Below are positions 49,501-63,149 of a stretch of 64,000 bases of DNA, piece by piece. Source of the DNA: Amphiscolops sp. MND2022. Lineage: Eukaryota. Below the pieces are notes generated by a model. The model was not told where the DNA came from. It did no database searches and saw nothing but the letters and a program-made list of their open reading frames with translations. The stretch is from positions 25,670,001 to 25,734,000 of the forward strand of contig OZ076409.1 of assembly GCA_964187785.1 (NCBI GenBank). Direction: 5' to 3'. Position numbers and translations under genes: made by a program. Within the stretch, counting starts at the first letter, position 1; the number at the start of each line of letters is the position of its first letter.

Positions 49501-52500
49501 TTTGAAATTAATTAAACAATTGAAACGCACTTAGACCAAGTTGGGAACATCCTAGATCTAAAATGAAAATGACTGCCAAAATATAGAAATCAAAATGATT
49601 TCACACAGTTCCGCCAAGACCTTTAAGCTACGCCTGAAAAAAACCATTGTCCACCTGAGAAGTTAAAAAGGAAATATTGACAAAACTCTAATAGAAAATA
49701 CTTTAAGATGCACATTAAAGAAATACGCCTTTCTCAGAAACGGCAGCTTAATTGCAGCTTTGAAAAGCAATTAGTGCAATTTAGGACTTAGTTACATCGT
49801 TAAACAAACAAACCTAGGAACTCGGGCTGATTTTATTATATGCGTGACGTCGCAATCGCGTAGAAAATGTCAGACAATTATATGTGTGACGTTAAACACC
49901 GTCGAGGCGAGGCTAGAAATTTCCAATTCTACGTCAGTGCTACGTCAACGGCGGCAGCTAGCTAAGCCTGGCATTATACTTACGTCAACACTTCGTCGCA
50001 AAATTATAAAACTAGACGTTTCATTTGGTATTAAATTTTATAATGAGACTATTTTCGCAAATAGTATTTATTAAGGTTCAAATACACGACACAATCTCGT
50101 CAATCGTCAAATTATAAAGTAAATGAAGAGAACTCATATTGTTACGTCAACATTGCGTTGATTGGGATTGAAATTACTTAGAACAAGAATTTGAAGTTGT
50201 TTCTATCACGATTTCTTTGGTTAAAAGTTTTCACCGATCGTTTACTAAAACGTAACGGTTTATGCACACATAATGTTTACAAATATACATGTGTTATAAT
50301 GTTTTATGTTCAGATGCAGGCAGAACAACATGTCAACTGAAATCGAAAGATGTTTGTAATTAAATGAAAGATATTCTTCATACGAATGATCTTAATCCAT
50401 TTGTTGTGATTAGTGCATGATATTGTTCAACCAAACTGACATCGACACAGCGCTAACTTAATAATGAGCAAATTCTAATCAATTTGTAACATTTGATTAA
50501 CGTTCCTGATATTTGAAATTGTACGGTACAATATTTTATTACCTGTTATTCTCGTTGCTGGTCACAGCCAAGTATTGAATTTTCATGCAGTATCAGAAAT
50601 TCTTGCATTGATTTGTTGTTCGTTAAAACTATTAGTAGACCTATTTAACGTTGCTTCGACGATAATTAATTATGTTCAGAATATGAATGAAAGATCAATC
50701 AATGTTATCAGTGGAGCTATGAACTTCCACTTTCCTAGCACCAAGCCAGTGTACGTTTTTTGGATAGTAGTCATAGTTTTCCTAGGCTGAAAGTCAAAAC
50801 CACGTAGTAGTTGTTCAAGCCAGCGTTAGCTCCGCGTTACGTTTTCACACTTTTTCAAGCAAAAAAGAGGAATGCTCGATAACAATTCGATAAATATTGA
50901 CGGTTTGCTAAAACGAATGACACTGGAACGAAATGATATGAGCAAAGCTGATGACTAAAATCGGATTAACAATCGGGAGATTATATTTTGACAAAAAATC
51001 GACAAAAGTCGAAATCCTAAACAAGCATAATATTACGATATACAGGGAATAAAAAGTTTTTGAAGAAAACTAGGTTACGCCGCTATGAATAAAAGATGCT
51101 AGGGGGTAGATATTCTTGAGTTTCTGTAAGATTTTCAGTCATTCCTTTGTTTCGCAAACTGATAATTTTGACTCTGTCAAAAGCTGTTCAAACTAAAAAA
51201 AAACGATTGAAATTGAATCTTTTCTTCAAGATGTCTACAAGGGCTCAAAAGAGAAGAAACAAAAAGCAAGAAACAAGGCAAAATTGTATAAAAAGTCCCC
51301 CATTTCAACGCAAATTTTCTCCGCCATAAAATTTTAAGAGGAACATTTAACTCACAATGTAAAAGATAGGATTATATCGACATCAAGTATTTTATTGGAA
51401 CAAAACTTCAATGCAAACGATGTCGACGTAATGGTATTTGAACATCGTTTCATTGTTTCTTATGCAGCCAAATCCATCCCCCCGCCGGCTTTTTGGGAAG
51501 GAATAAGACACATGGTGCTATAATTGTGCCTTAAACGTATGGTTCTCAAATTACTTCATTTCTGTGATCTTTTCATTCCAGAGTTTCTACAATTTTCAAC
51601 TTACGATTCCGAATCTTGAGATTACAATGCTTTCATGTTTCTATTTACATACTTACAGTCTCACCTACCCGAAGCACGTGCGTTTTTGTACTTTTCAACT
51701 CGCCTTATTATTGCAGTTGCTTTATACTTGCAAATTAAAATTTTCAACAGATCCTTACTGCAAGTTGCAACTTATTAGCCGTTTTCTAGTGAACAACGAA
51801 CGTGGTTCGTCTTCATATCATTGTTGTATTGTGCTAATAATGGAGTTGCAAAACAAAAGCTGATACCAATAACTTGGTTTTGTGGATGTGACGTGGTATC
51901 CTTTTAGTGAAAATATTAAAAACTAATTGAAATATGGTAACGAATTGAACTTGAGTGTTTTCAAGCAATTTCTGTAATTTTTGATCCCCTCGAACCGCCA
52001 TGGGGGATGTACAAACGGTTAAGTTCACTTTTTCTGATAGACTGAAATGTAATGTAATGGAAACAAATTACCTTTCTACTTTGAAAATAGTTTTCCATCT
52101 GCTAAAACAGCAAAAGTATAGAAGTATAGTTGAAAAAGTATTTTCATTTAGGAAGTATAAAAGGATTGAACGAAACTACTGAGAACTATGCAAAATAAGT
52201 AACTGAAAAACAAAGAAAAATTTGGAACACTGTTAGCGATACCCTCTGACAAACTATGAAAACATGGTCTTCTCCACAATTATTCAAAAAACGCTCATCA
52301 GTTCCACAGCACCAAAAAAATATTCAATGAGGCCACCCTTAGAGACGGAAAAAGGTTTTCCTCGCAGAAAACCACAAAAATAAATTTTGAAAAAAAAATT
52401 AAAAGTTGCTGGCAAAACGCTTTGTTCATGCTAGAAATCTAAATCGACTCTTCGCTTGAAAACGTCGCATAGTACCAAAAAATACTATAGAATTTTGTTT

Positions 52501-55500
52501 ACTCCTGGTTTTCAGACCCCGTGATCAGGCCTGGAAGTATGATTTAACGCCTAGGGCAAAGAATAGTTAGATACTAAGTTAGGCACTAAGGTATATATAT
52601 GCTTACAAAAATGTGTCAATTCGCTTGTCTTTAAAAAATATATTTTGATATCGATATTTTCGAACCCGCGCCCATTCTTTAGTAGAACGCAAGTTCTGAT
52701 ATAGCGTGCTACGCGGAATAAAAATACGGGGACTAAAAACAGGTTACATACAAAGCCAACTTCAAAAAATTGAAAACTTTCCAATCGGAGAACCTTCCAG
52801 GGTGGAACGAATTTCGAGTCAAAGCTTTTTGTAACAAAAAAGCCCAACTCTTAAAGAGGCAGGGTTTTTTCAAGACCACCGACCTCACTTTTAGTGGTTC
52901 AGTTTTCACAGACTTTATGCTTCAGTTCGAAAAGGAGCCCAATGAGGCTAATGCCTTTAATTTTTTCAGTATTTACCGTATCCTCGAAAACTTTGAAGAC
53001 CACAGTGCCCCCTTAGGGTTTTTTCGGCGACTTTTTTCACAGAAACTCCTAAAAGGTTACTTTTTAGTTTTTGATATTTTTGAATAGGAAAAACATTTTA
53101 AGTTCAAAAAGTCCTCCTTTGGTTTTTTGGCACTGTGACTTTTCGGCAAACTTCGATTTGATTTTTCGTTGATGTTTTCAGTTATGGAAAAACATTTTTT
53201 GAGCTCGAAAGGCTTCGATTGGTTTTCGGTATTAATTTGAGAAATTTTACTCAAAAACGCTTTTAGGAAAAACGTTGGGCTTTTTGAGCCTCAAGATGGA
53301 CGCCGACTTGAGAGGTTCCCGTGTTGTTTCCTGCTAGTGAAGAAAACGAAATTTAAAAAAAAGGCATCATTCAACTTTCTTTAAAAAAACTGAAATGGAA
53401 AAGAATTATAAGAAGACACTGTGACACGCCAAATGCACTTTGTTCAGCTCTTGGATTTAAGTTTTGTTCGACGAGAAATCGCCCAGTGTCAATGCCATCT
53501 TTTAATACTTCCCAGGAAAGATTTTCAAACAAATGCACAGTTCCAGAAAACCCAAACAAAGACCTTCTATTCTATGCTCTCAAAATTTCTTCTTTTATCA
53601 AACACGTTTAGGAAATCAAAGTGGGGAACCTTCGGTATATAACAAACCGGTATATAAAGTTATGAAAAAAAGAGGGGATACTTGTATCTCGTCTACCTTT
53701 GGAAACATTGAAAGAAAGTAGCACAGCGCACGATTCGAAACCAACTCTTCTGGTTCCCATTTCTAGTCATCACGCAGAGAATCCCGCGTTAACCCTAATA
53801 TCTTTGCCAAAACGTTCTACAATGCGTTCTAGATTTCCAGCAGTATATAGTAGTTTCAGTGAGAATTTGTAAGATAAAAACTTTCGAACCTGTCTCCAGA
53901 AACATAGATTTTTTTTTACAAAAAGACGAAAATCAACAATCGATGTATCAGGTTACTTGGAAAGTGACATGCTCATCTGCTAGTTTTATGTCGGTCAAGT
54001 GGCTGTGGAGAACAGGTAATATCCCAACATTAAAAAAGAAGGCGGTTTAGCCAATCTAGCAGCAAACAGGTGTTATCGTTCCCTCAGAGATAGCGAAGTA
54101 TAGCTTCTCTGTAAGTTTGTTCCAGTTACACTATCTACCTAGTATAAATCAATTTAACGGCACGGAAAATTTCGTTAACTTAATATTATCCGCTGTATGA
54201 TAATGACTTCTTGATTTTTTTTGGTTGATGCAGCCAATCAAATCTGAAAACCAAAGTGTCACAGTCCAGGCCTGGACTGGGTGGAACTGCAAACGTATCA
54301 GCATCGGGAGTATTTTAAAATCTCCGAGATGGTTTTTTGAAATTAATTAAACAATTGAAACGCACTTAGACCAAGTTGGGAACATCCTAGGTCTAAAATG
54401 AAAATGACTGCCAAAATATAGAAATCAAAATGATTTCACACAGTTCCGCCAAGACCTTTAAGCTGCGCCTGAAAAAAAACCATTGTCCACCTGAGAAGTT
54501 AATAAGGAAATATTGACAAAACTCTAATAGAAAATACTTTAAGATGCACATTAAAGAAATACGCCTTTCTCAGAAACGGCAGCTTAATTGCAGCTTTGAA
54601 AAGCAATTAGTGCAATTTAGGACTTAGTTACATCGTTAAACAAACAAACCTAGGAACGCGGGCTGATTTTATTATATGCGTGACGTCGCAATCGCGTAGA
54701 AAATGTCAGACAATTATATGTGTGACGTTAAACACCGTCGAGGCGAGGCTAAAAATTTCCAATTCTACGTCAGTGCTACATCAACGGCGGCAGCTAGCTA
54801 AGCCTGGCATTATACTTACGTCAACACTTCGTCGCAAAATTATAAAACTAGACGTTTCATTTGGTATTAAATTTTATAATGAGACTATTTTCGCAAATAG
54901 TATTTATTAAGGTTCAAATACACGACACAACTTCGTCAATCGTCAAATTATAAAGTAAATGAAGATAACTCATATTTTTACGTCAACATTGCGTTGATTG
55001 GGATTGAAATTACTTAGAACAAGAATTTGAAGTTGTTTCTATCACAATTTCTTTGGTTAAATGTTTTCACCGATCGTTTACTAAAACGTAACGGTTTATG
55101 CACACATAAAGTTTACAAATATACATGTGTTATAATGTTTTATGTTCAGATGCAGGCAGTACAACATGTCAATTGAAATCGAAAGATGTTTGTAATTAAA
55201 TGAAAGATATTCTTTATACGAATGATCTTAATCCATTTGTTGTGATTAGTGCATGATATTGTTCAACCAAACTGACATCGACACAGCGCTAAATTAATAA
55301 TGAGCAAATTCTAATCAATTTGTAACATTTGATTAACGTTCCTGATATTTGAAATTGTACGGTACAATATTTTATTACTTGTTATTCTTGTTGCTGGTCA
55401 CAGCCAAGAATTGAATTTTCATGCAGTATCAGAAATTCTTGCATTGATTTGTTGTTCGTTAAAACTATTAGTAGACCTATTTAACGTTGCTTCGACGATA

Positions 55501-56108
55501 ATTAATTATGTTCAGAATATGAATGAAAGATCAATCAATGTTATCAGTGGAGCTATGAACTTCCACTTTCCTAGCACCAAGCCAGTGTACGATTTTTGGA
55601 TAGTAGTCATAGTTTTCCTAGGCTGAAAGTCAAAACCACGTAGTAGTTGTTCAAGCCAGCGTTAGCTCCGCGTTACGTTTTCACACTTTTTTAAGCAAAA
55701 AAGAGGAATGCTCGATAACAATTCGATAAATGTTGACGGTTTGCTAAAACGAATGACACTGGAACGAAATCATATGAGCAAAGCTGATGACTAAAATCGG
55801 ATTAACAATCGGGAGATTATATTTTGACAAAATGTCGACAAAAGTCGAAATCCTAAACAAGCATACTATTACGATATACAGGAAATAAAAAGTTTTTTGA
55901 AGAAAACTAGGTTACGCCGCTATGAATAAAAGATGCTAGGGGGTAGATATTCTTGAGTTTCTGTAAGATTTTCAGTCATTCCTTTGTTTCGCAAACTGAT
56001 AATTTTGACTCTGTCAAAAGCTGTTCAAACTAAAAAAAACGATTAAAATTGAATCTTTTCTTCAAGATGTCTACAAGGGCTCAAAAGAGAAGAAACAAAA
56101 AGCAAGAA
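43539..56108 (+). repeat. Tandem triplication of a ~4.8-kb unit (copies start 43539, 48285, 51272)
   Basis: AACAAGG(T/C)AAAATTGTATAAAAAGTCCCCC recurs at each start and near-identical ORFs recur in the track; the middle copy lacks ~1.76 kb (junction near 48660). Confidence 0.95.
44740..45511 (-). mobile_element. Helentron/DINE-1-like repeat copy (duplicated at ~52556-53328)
   Basis: Ends TTTTGAGCCTCAAGATGGACGCCGACTTGAGAGGTTCCCGTCTTGTT; left boundary approximate. Confidence 0.5.
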
Positions 56109-56457
56109 AGCACCGAAAACGTAAGTGGACTTATAGTTTCTCCAGTTTTGTCAAAAGATTTTGGCGAGTAGGAAGTGATGATAATGGGTCGGTCCTGTCC
56201 TGAGTCACCTATGATTGAAAGTGGCGTTCTTGAAAAACTCAGGGCATCTTTGAAAGCGGAAATAACTTCCTAGATTAAAAGACTCCTGATAGAATCACAA
56301 AAGGAGCTGTTAAAAATGCTGAAACCTAAATGAAAAGTAAATAAAAACAGGGAAAACGAATTAGACCAAGAGATTGAGCCCAGAAACATCTATACACCCA
56401 CGAGATCAGTCAGAATCAATAGTACCCAAAATATCGACTCGCACTTCAGTCGTAACA
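54976..56457 (+). repeat. Solo LTR (~1.48 kb) of another gag-in-LTR gypsy family; truncated copies at 47157-48284 and ~50140-51271
   Basis: Starts TGTTACG in copies 1-2 (TTTTACG here), ends CGTAACA; holds a decayed ORF from 56067 (MSTRAQKRRNKKQE...) running to the LTR end; no PBS follows; TSD not clean. Confidence 0.7.
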
Positions 56458-58699
56458 CAAAGATAAAGTGTTCACCTTAACTCCAGTGTCATCTTCAAGA
56501 AGTAGGCAGAAACTTTCCAATGGGTGTCACGAGTGGCATATTGGTTTTTGCCAGGAGCACCAATAAATTACATTAGGCCCTCATATAGAAAGTTGAAAAA
56601 GTTAGATATACTTGTAATGTATATCCAATAATTCAAAATCCCTGTAATGCAACAAGTTGGGCCTTATAATTACAGCTACTCTTGCGTTTTTTCTTCTGAT
56701 TTGAAATATGTTTTTTTTACTGAGTCAAAAAGTACACTCTGGCGTATTCACTGAATAAAGAATACCCAGAGAGGCCAAAGTGTCTTCCTTTTCCTTTGAG
56801 TGTTTCACAATGTAACCAGATCTATAACAAACCCAAAACGACTCCAGGTATTTTACAGAATATTGATGACTTTTCTTAGCATAGTTGAAAGACTTTGTAC
56901 CTTTCAAGTTGGAACTAGCGCCGACTTGAGACGTTCTCTTCTTGTTCAGAGTTAGGCTCAGAAAAAGTCAATTTCTAAAATCTAACTGTCAGTGGACAAA
57001 AATTCCCTCAAAAACTTGAAGGGAATTAAAGCTTTTCTTTGACCATAGAAATGATTAAAAATGTTCGTCGAAGCATGATCGAAGATTGAAGAAAAACACG
57101 ATGCAATTATATTTGTCGTAGAGCATAGTTTTTTCACTTTGAGGTACTGGTGACAGGGGAAGTATGTTTTCGCTTCTTGGACTCTTTGAGACAAGAAACA
57201 ACAACAACAAATTGATTTTATAGACTCCTTTGTTAGAGTAGATATTTCGTGACGTGAATAACGTCTAAGGAATAACGTCTAAGAGTGTTTCGGAAGTAAC
57301 GTCTAAAAGAAGAACGTCTAAAATTCAATGTCTAAGAGACTGAGCATGACTTATTTTTACAAATAATTACGTAGATGAGTGGCAGACATCTATATAGAAC
57401 AATACTACAAAAATTGATCCACATTAAATCGTTTTTTGAACCCAAAAACGGATTTTTCAGGAAAACAAAAAAAAACGATTGATGACAGTTTTGTTATTTC
57501 CAGCCCAAGTTTCAAATACGGGAAAAGAAAAATTATCTCTCAGCTGTCGTTTATACAAGCGTATTCTAATTCTATACTCAGAAAATGGATTCTTTTCCAC
57601 TTAACTCAACTACAAAAAACGTTTCTTAGCATACATAAACATGGATAAACTTCAAATTTTCTGATTGAAAAGTAGCGTCTAAAAAGAAATACGTTGTTCC
57701 TCAAATAATTATAAATGGGATCTATCCCGTAGCTTATCTGGAGTTTTATTACAGTAATCAATGCATGCAATCGAAGATAAATTTACCGATTATCGAAAGC
57801 ATGTTTTACGGTCAACCCAGACTTATGGTATGAATTTTATAAGAGTGTATAAAAAGTTGATAAATAATGACAAATAATGAATTCAACAAGTGCATAAGTG
57901 TACTACATGAATACTGATGAAGGGCGTTAGAACTATTCCGTTGGGAACTAAAGGTCGTCTTGAGGTTTTCTTCATATTTTTTTCAACCATCTCGGCTTTT
58001 CTCTCTGATTGCACGGGACTTCACCGGTTCAATTGCGGTGATTAGATATGGACTCTGAACCTGAGACAGGTATGCAATGAATCAAGTGTTCGTTGATTAT
58101 ACAAAGTAGAGAACTTCTTTGGGGTTTCTGCTGGAAGATGATTCAGCGGGAAAATAGTTGATGTTCTTCAAAGTATTCTCTGTACCAGCAGTTGCTGTCA
58201 TTGCACGCCAACATTGGCAGTTTATACCTGATAACATCAAACAAAAATTGAATTAATTAGTGCACAGGTTAATAATCGAATTCCAAAACTTTGGAATATT
58301 TTTTTATACACATGGAATTTGAATTCAAATAACACTTTTCCAGACTATAAAAAATGCTGGCATCAAAATTAATTTTACATCAGAGATTTTCCATATACGA
58401 AGTGGAGCCAGTCCAAGCGAGCAGATTCGTCCAGTGGGAATTAGAGAAAACAATTTTTGACGGCTGACATTCCACCAACAACCTGGGAATACGATTGACT
58501 TACAATCGATAAATTGTAAATGATTTCTTTTCGCTCGAATACAGCAGCCATGTTTAATGAACATTCCAATGAAGGTTGGCTTGGCTTGAAACAAGGTTTT
58601 GAAACAAACCGATAAAATCGTTTTAAACATACATAAAAACATTCGTTTTCTTTTTTTTTACACTCAAAAAGTCACGAAGAGCACTTGCTCACTGAACAG

Positions 58700-61560
58700 C
58701 GAGTTTTGTGACGTATCCTCAGAATCGATTAAATTTTCACAAGAACGCTCCTGAAAAATCAGTAAATTGTCGACTACAGCGTTACATTACCATGAACGTG
58801 ATCGTGGCCAAGCGAGACATCAAAGGGTCAAGAATAATGATGACAAGTGAAGGGAAACAGTCTGAGTGGACGAGGCAAGATTTCGACTAAAAATTGAAAC
58901 ATGTGAAGTACCAAGAAGAGCAACAGAATGACTGCTGAGTAGACTTTCAGCGGTAGGAACAAGTCCAGTGGAAGAGACAAGCGACAACAGACAAACTTAG
59001 ATCAAAGATCGTAAAAGACTTACCATCGTTCATGGGAGCCATTAATCAAAAGAAATGGTTCAGCCCAAAATTACCAATTACGTGAACACCACTAAGACCG
59101 TTGCTGAAAAGAAACACAAAAGGCTTTGGAAGGAAAGACACGTATGAGGGAAAATGAATAGATAGATTTACGAGATAAACAAACCTAAATAATTTTGAGA
59201 TACGTTTTGTATCATTGAAATTTTAAGTACTTTTAGACACGATGAACAACTTAAGAATTCCCAACAAGGGAGCAGAGTCGTGCTAACATAAGAGAGCAGA
59301 GTCGTGGAACTTCAATTGCAGTCATTAGTTCCGTCTCATCTCAATGAAAAGTTTTACAAAAGGTGAGCAATCAAACACGCCGATTCATTGAATAATCAAA
59401 AGTCATTCAAGTCAACATAGTTCATGGTTGAAAATTTCATTGACAACACGAAAAAGCATTTACAATATCAAGGAGGCAAAAAAGTAAGAAAAGACATGAA
59501 TCTTTCAAAAGATACTTACCCCTCAAGATAAAAGACGTCGCGAGCAAAAAACGGATGAGAGCAACGCTACAAGAGAAACGAGAAGGAGGTTGGGAAAAAA
59601 CACAAGAAACTTTGTGTTAGGAACAGATTTCAAGGCAGTTTCAGATCATAAGGCTTCGACAACTATATTTAGGAAAGTCACTCAAACGAAACAATCTCCT
59701 TCAGAATAACCAGATGGGTAGATTGTCGTTCTTCATTCCAATTCAAGGTAGTTCACGCACCGGGTCGTACACTAGTGAGTGACGTCTCTTTCCCGCCGTC
59801 GCTCAGAACGTAACAGTAGCCAAAGAAATTTTAAAGTAAAAGGGCTTTTGAATAACTGGTGTGACAGAAATGGTGTTTGTCTTTCAGGAAATCTAATTCA
59901 GCAGAACACTCCGAATTTGTAAATAGCAGCGAAGTCAGCAACATGAAACAATCCGCGAAAGTGTGCGAAAGTGGCGGGCGCGAGTGAACTAGTCAAAGCA
60001 AACAAACAGAAACCTAATGGAAATAAAACTCCACAATTGGGCAATGAAACGTCAGATTCAGTCGACAGTGGAAATAAATGCCAAGAAGTAGCAAGTTGTC
60101 ACTCAACCAGCAATCAAAACAACGCTTTAACTATCGAAAAACCAACTCGAAGTTTTCCAACTGCAGGACAACTTTAAGTTTGCCACGAAATACGAGGTTT
60201 ATGATTTTTCACTGAATGTAATTGCATTACTAAATACGCTAGACACCACCAAAACAAATAGTTTTCCGACACCTTGGCGGCAAAAATCATATGTTTGAAT
60301 TGGATGAACATGATTTCATATACATGGAGGAGCCCTTGCAGTTCCAGAAACTTTACGACTGGTTATCATGTGGTCCTTACAATACGGTCTTTAATATTAC
60401 CGGGACAGTATGTTAGCTACTGTTTCGAATGCGTGGTGGCCGCAAGGCACAGAAAAAATGTCTCCTTCGCAAAAGCTTGCCCCCAGTGCTAAGAATCAGG
60501 TGAGAACGAAAAAAAATGTATTGAGGCAAAACAATTTAGGTAGACTACCAGAGTGTAGGAAAAACAATCAAGAAGTAACAATTAGGTTAGCGGGGCCCTG
60601 TCAAAACAGCATAAAAAGTACTTTATTACTTTCTGTAGACCTTTTTTCGGATGAACTGAGGCAAAATTGTTCAGAAAATCAACAACGATAGGTATACTAG
60701 AATATTCAATGAAATATATTGCTAGGCAGGCCATACCAAAGACGATCAGAACAGACGCGGCAAAAAATTCAGAAGCAGGCTGTTCGAAAAATTATCCGAC
60801 TTAGAATACACAAAAAATCTCCAATGAGAGACCACAGCGGTACCGGGAAAATCGAACGGCTCATAGGAACATTAAACGGGCGACAGTAAACGAACTAGCA
60901 TATCATAGTGAAATGCCGCATCTTGGCATTGTCGGATATCTTTCCAACAACAGGAGATCCCTTTCCAAAAAATAAACTTTTGTGGAACCCAACACTCTTT
61001 TAAAAGTTGTTTTAGGTCGTGAACGATTTGTTTGAGAGTGAACCGAAATCACGAAATCGCGCCTCATGAGACGGACTTCAAATCTGGACAAAAATCTGGA
61101 AAACAGTTTGGATGCGGCAGAGAGCCAGAGGTAGCACGCTGGAAGGAGCATATTATAGGAAGCGGAAGAAGGTGTCGTTAGAACAAACAAATCATACGAT
61201 ACCGTTTCTACCAGCAGAAGAAGCCAAATGAAGCAAAAATAAACAGTATTCTCTACGAGAGACTTCGGACAAAACACGCGCGAACCGTGCCGCTCACAGA
61301 GGCAGACAGAAAACAAAAGACAAAACCCTCTGAACTGACTACCACAAGCGAGTTGCCAATTAGGAGCGACACGCCAAAGGCAAGCGAGTCTTTGACTCCA
61401 GGAAAGCCTCGAAAATCAAGGGAGACGCAACGTGACTCCAGTGCGTCGAAAGAAGAAATGACGTAAAGTTTGCTAACCAGCACAAACAGAGACGATGGTC
61501 CGAAATGTGTCATCAAAAAACGACCTGACGACCATTCACCATATGGTCTACATTATACAA
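58700..61560 (+). pseudogene. Highly degenerate Ty3/gypsy pol remnant (RNase H, integrase)
   Basis: SDHKA (~59641), TRWVD...FKVVHAPGR, CFEC, LAGP, LLSVDLFS, IPKTIRTD, GTGKIERLIGTL in gypsy order across shifting frames; boundaries approximate. Confidence 0.7.
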
Positions 61561-61689
61561 TGTTGTCAACAGTATCGTCTGGGCTATTCAAAGTCAGAGA
61601 CTTAAGTCAGCTATAACATGTATAAAACTATGAATGTTTATAGTTTTTGAATTGATTTTTCAGGTCCCTTTTCACCATAAACTTATAGC

Positions 61690-62241
61690 GTTTTTAGTTG
61701 GCGCATTTGAGTAGAAAGTGTGCCCTACTCTTACAGTGGGTAGTTTTTTTAGACGCGTAAGGCCCACTTTTTTGTTCATTTGTTCAACAACGTCAAACCT
61801 CAACAACTTCGAACCTCAACAACTCGAACCTTAAAAGCGCGTCCAAAACGAAAAGAAAGACACAAAACAGACGTCCAGAATCTCGAAATCACACTAAGGA
61901 TCCCCTCATAGCCCCACTTTTTTTTCGGCACTATGTGACTATTTTTGAAACTTTTTGGATTGCACCAAAGGGTCCCCCCTTCATTTGTTTCGACATTTTG
62001 CAACACAATGGATGTCAAAAAATCCCAAAGGGTCCCCCTTTTACATTTTTTGGCACTGTGACACTGTTCAAAAATCTCATTTTAAAATTTTTTGGGACAT
62101 TTTTTCAAGTCCCCAAAGGGCTCCTCTTCAATTTTTTTCATATTTCGCAACCAGCTGGAGTTTCACAGAGCCCGAAGGGTCTCTCTCTTTACAATTTTGA
62201 GCCTTAGATATAGCGTCGACTTCGGCCGTTCTCAGCTTGTT
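61690..62241 (-). mobile_element. Helentron/DINE-1-like repeat copy
   Basis: TTTTTAGTTGGCGC ... TTTTGAGCCTTAGATATAGCGTCGACTTCGGCCGTTCTCAGCTTGTT. Confidence 0.6.
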
Positions 62242-63149
62242 TGTGTTTAGAGTACCATAAAAGTCCCAGAAAGAGCAAAGAGAGCCAAAATTAACAAACT
62301 CCAGGATTTTTCCGTTTTGTGCCCGTATGAAGCTCGTTTTTGAAGCATCACGGAAATTGTGATGAAGCGTTTCGCTACTTGGCTAACTTTTGTTGTGAGA
62401 AAATAAAAAATATGGAGAAAATGTCTGGAAGAAAGGAAATGAATAAAAATGCAGTAAATTATAATTTGCCAATTTCATGCAGATCCCATGTTGAGCCCTC
62501 CCTGCGAGTCTGTACAGATCCTTGCAGATATTCCAGGCTTTATCGAAAATTATAAAGTCGTCAATACTGCTTTGAAAAAGAAATTAGTTGATGAAATGTG
62601 CTCTACAAGATAAATACGCCTCCTAATTGAAGTTTTGGAAAACAGTTTCTGTGCGAATATGCACACAACTTTACAGAGTCGCACAGACTCCACAGAAGCA
62701 ATTCAGATACTATTACTGCTTTTCTATAAAAATGAACAACCAAGAAAAGCCCCAGCCTAGTCTGAAGAACATGTGTGGAATATAAGCGGGGACACCGCAG
62801 TCGCATAAACAGCAGTGATAATCATTAGGCGATAGGAGAACCAACAGTGGCACGATCTTTACAGATCCTCGAGGAAAAAAGGCACACAGATCTGTACAGA
62901 TTCTCAAGGAAAGTCCAACATGGTAACTTGAACAATTTTTGGACGTTCCTCCAGCTATTAAAATGCAAGTTTGGAAATCCACCAATGCGAAAAATGGGCG
63001 AATCCAACATTTTTCTTTGTTTTCCTCAATTTTTGAGAGTTTCATTCAAAAATTTCCAATTTCATGTGTTTTGGATGTTTCTGAAGTGTAAGTGATTTAC
63101 CATAAAGTTCAACAACGAAACAGTTTGTCACTTGACACACTCTGATATA

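Noticed and set aside
46861..55626. Recurrent 60-90 aa ORFs (e.g. MTSQSRRK..., MNFHAVSE...)
   Set aside because: They recur only because of the triplication; non-ATG starts and no recognisable domains.
58090..58642. Possible host exons on the minus strand (acceptor-like site near 58228)
   Set aside because: No recognisable protein or consistent splice chain.
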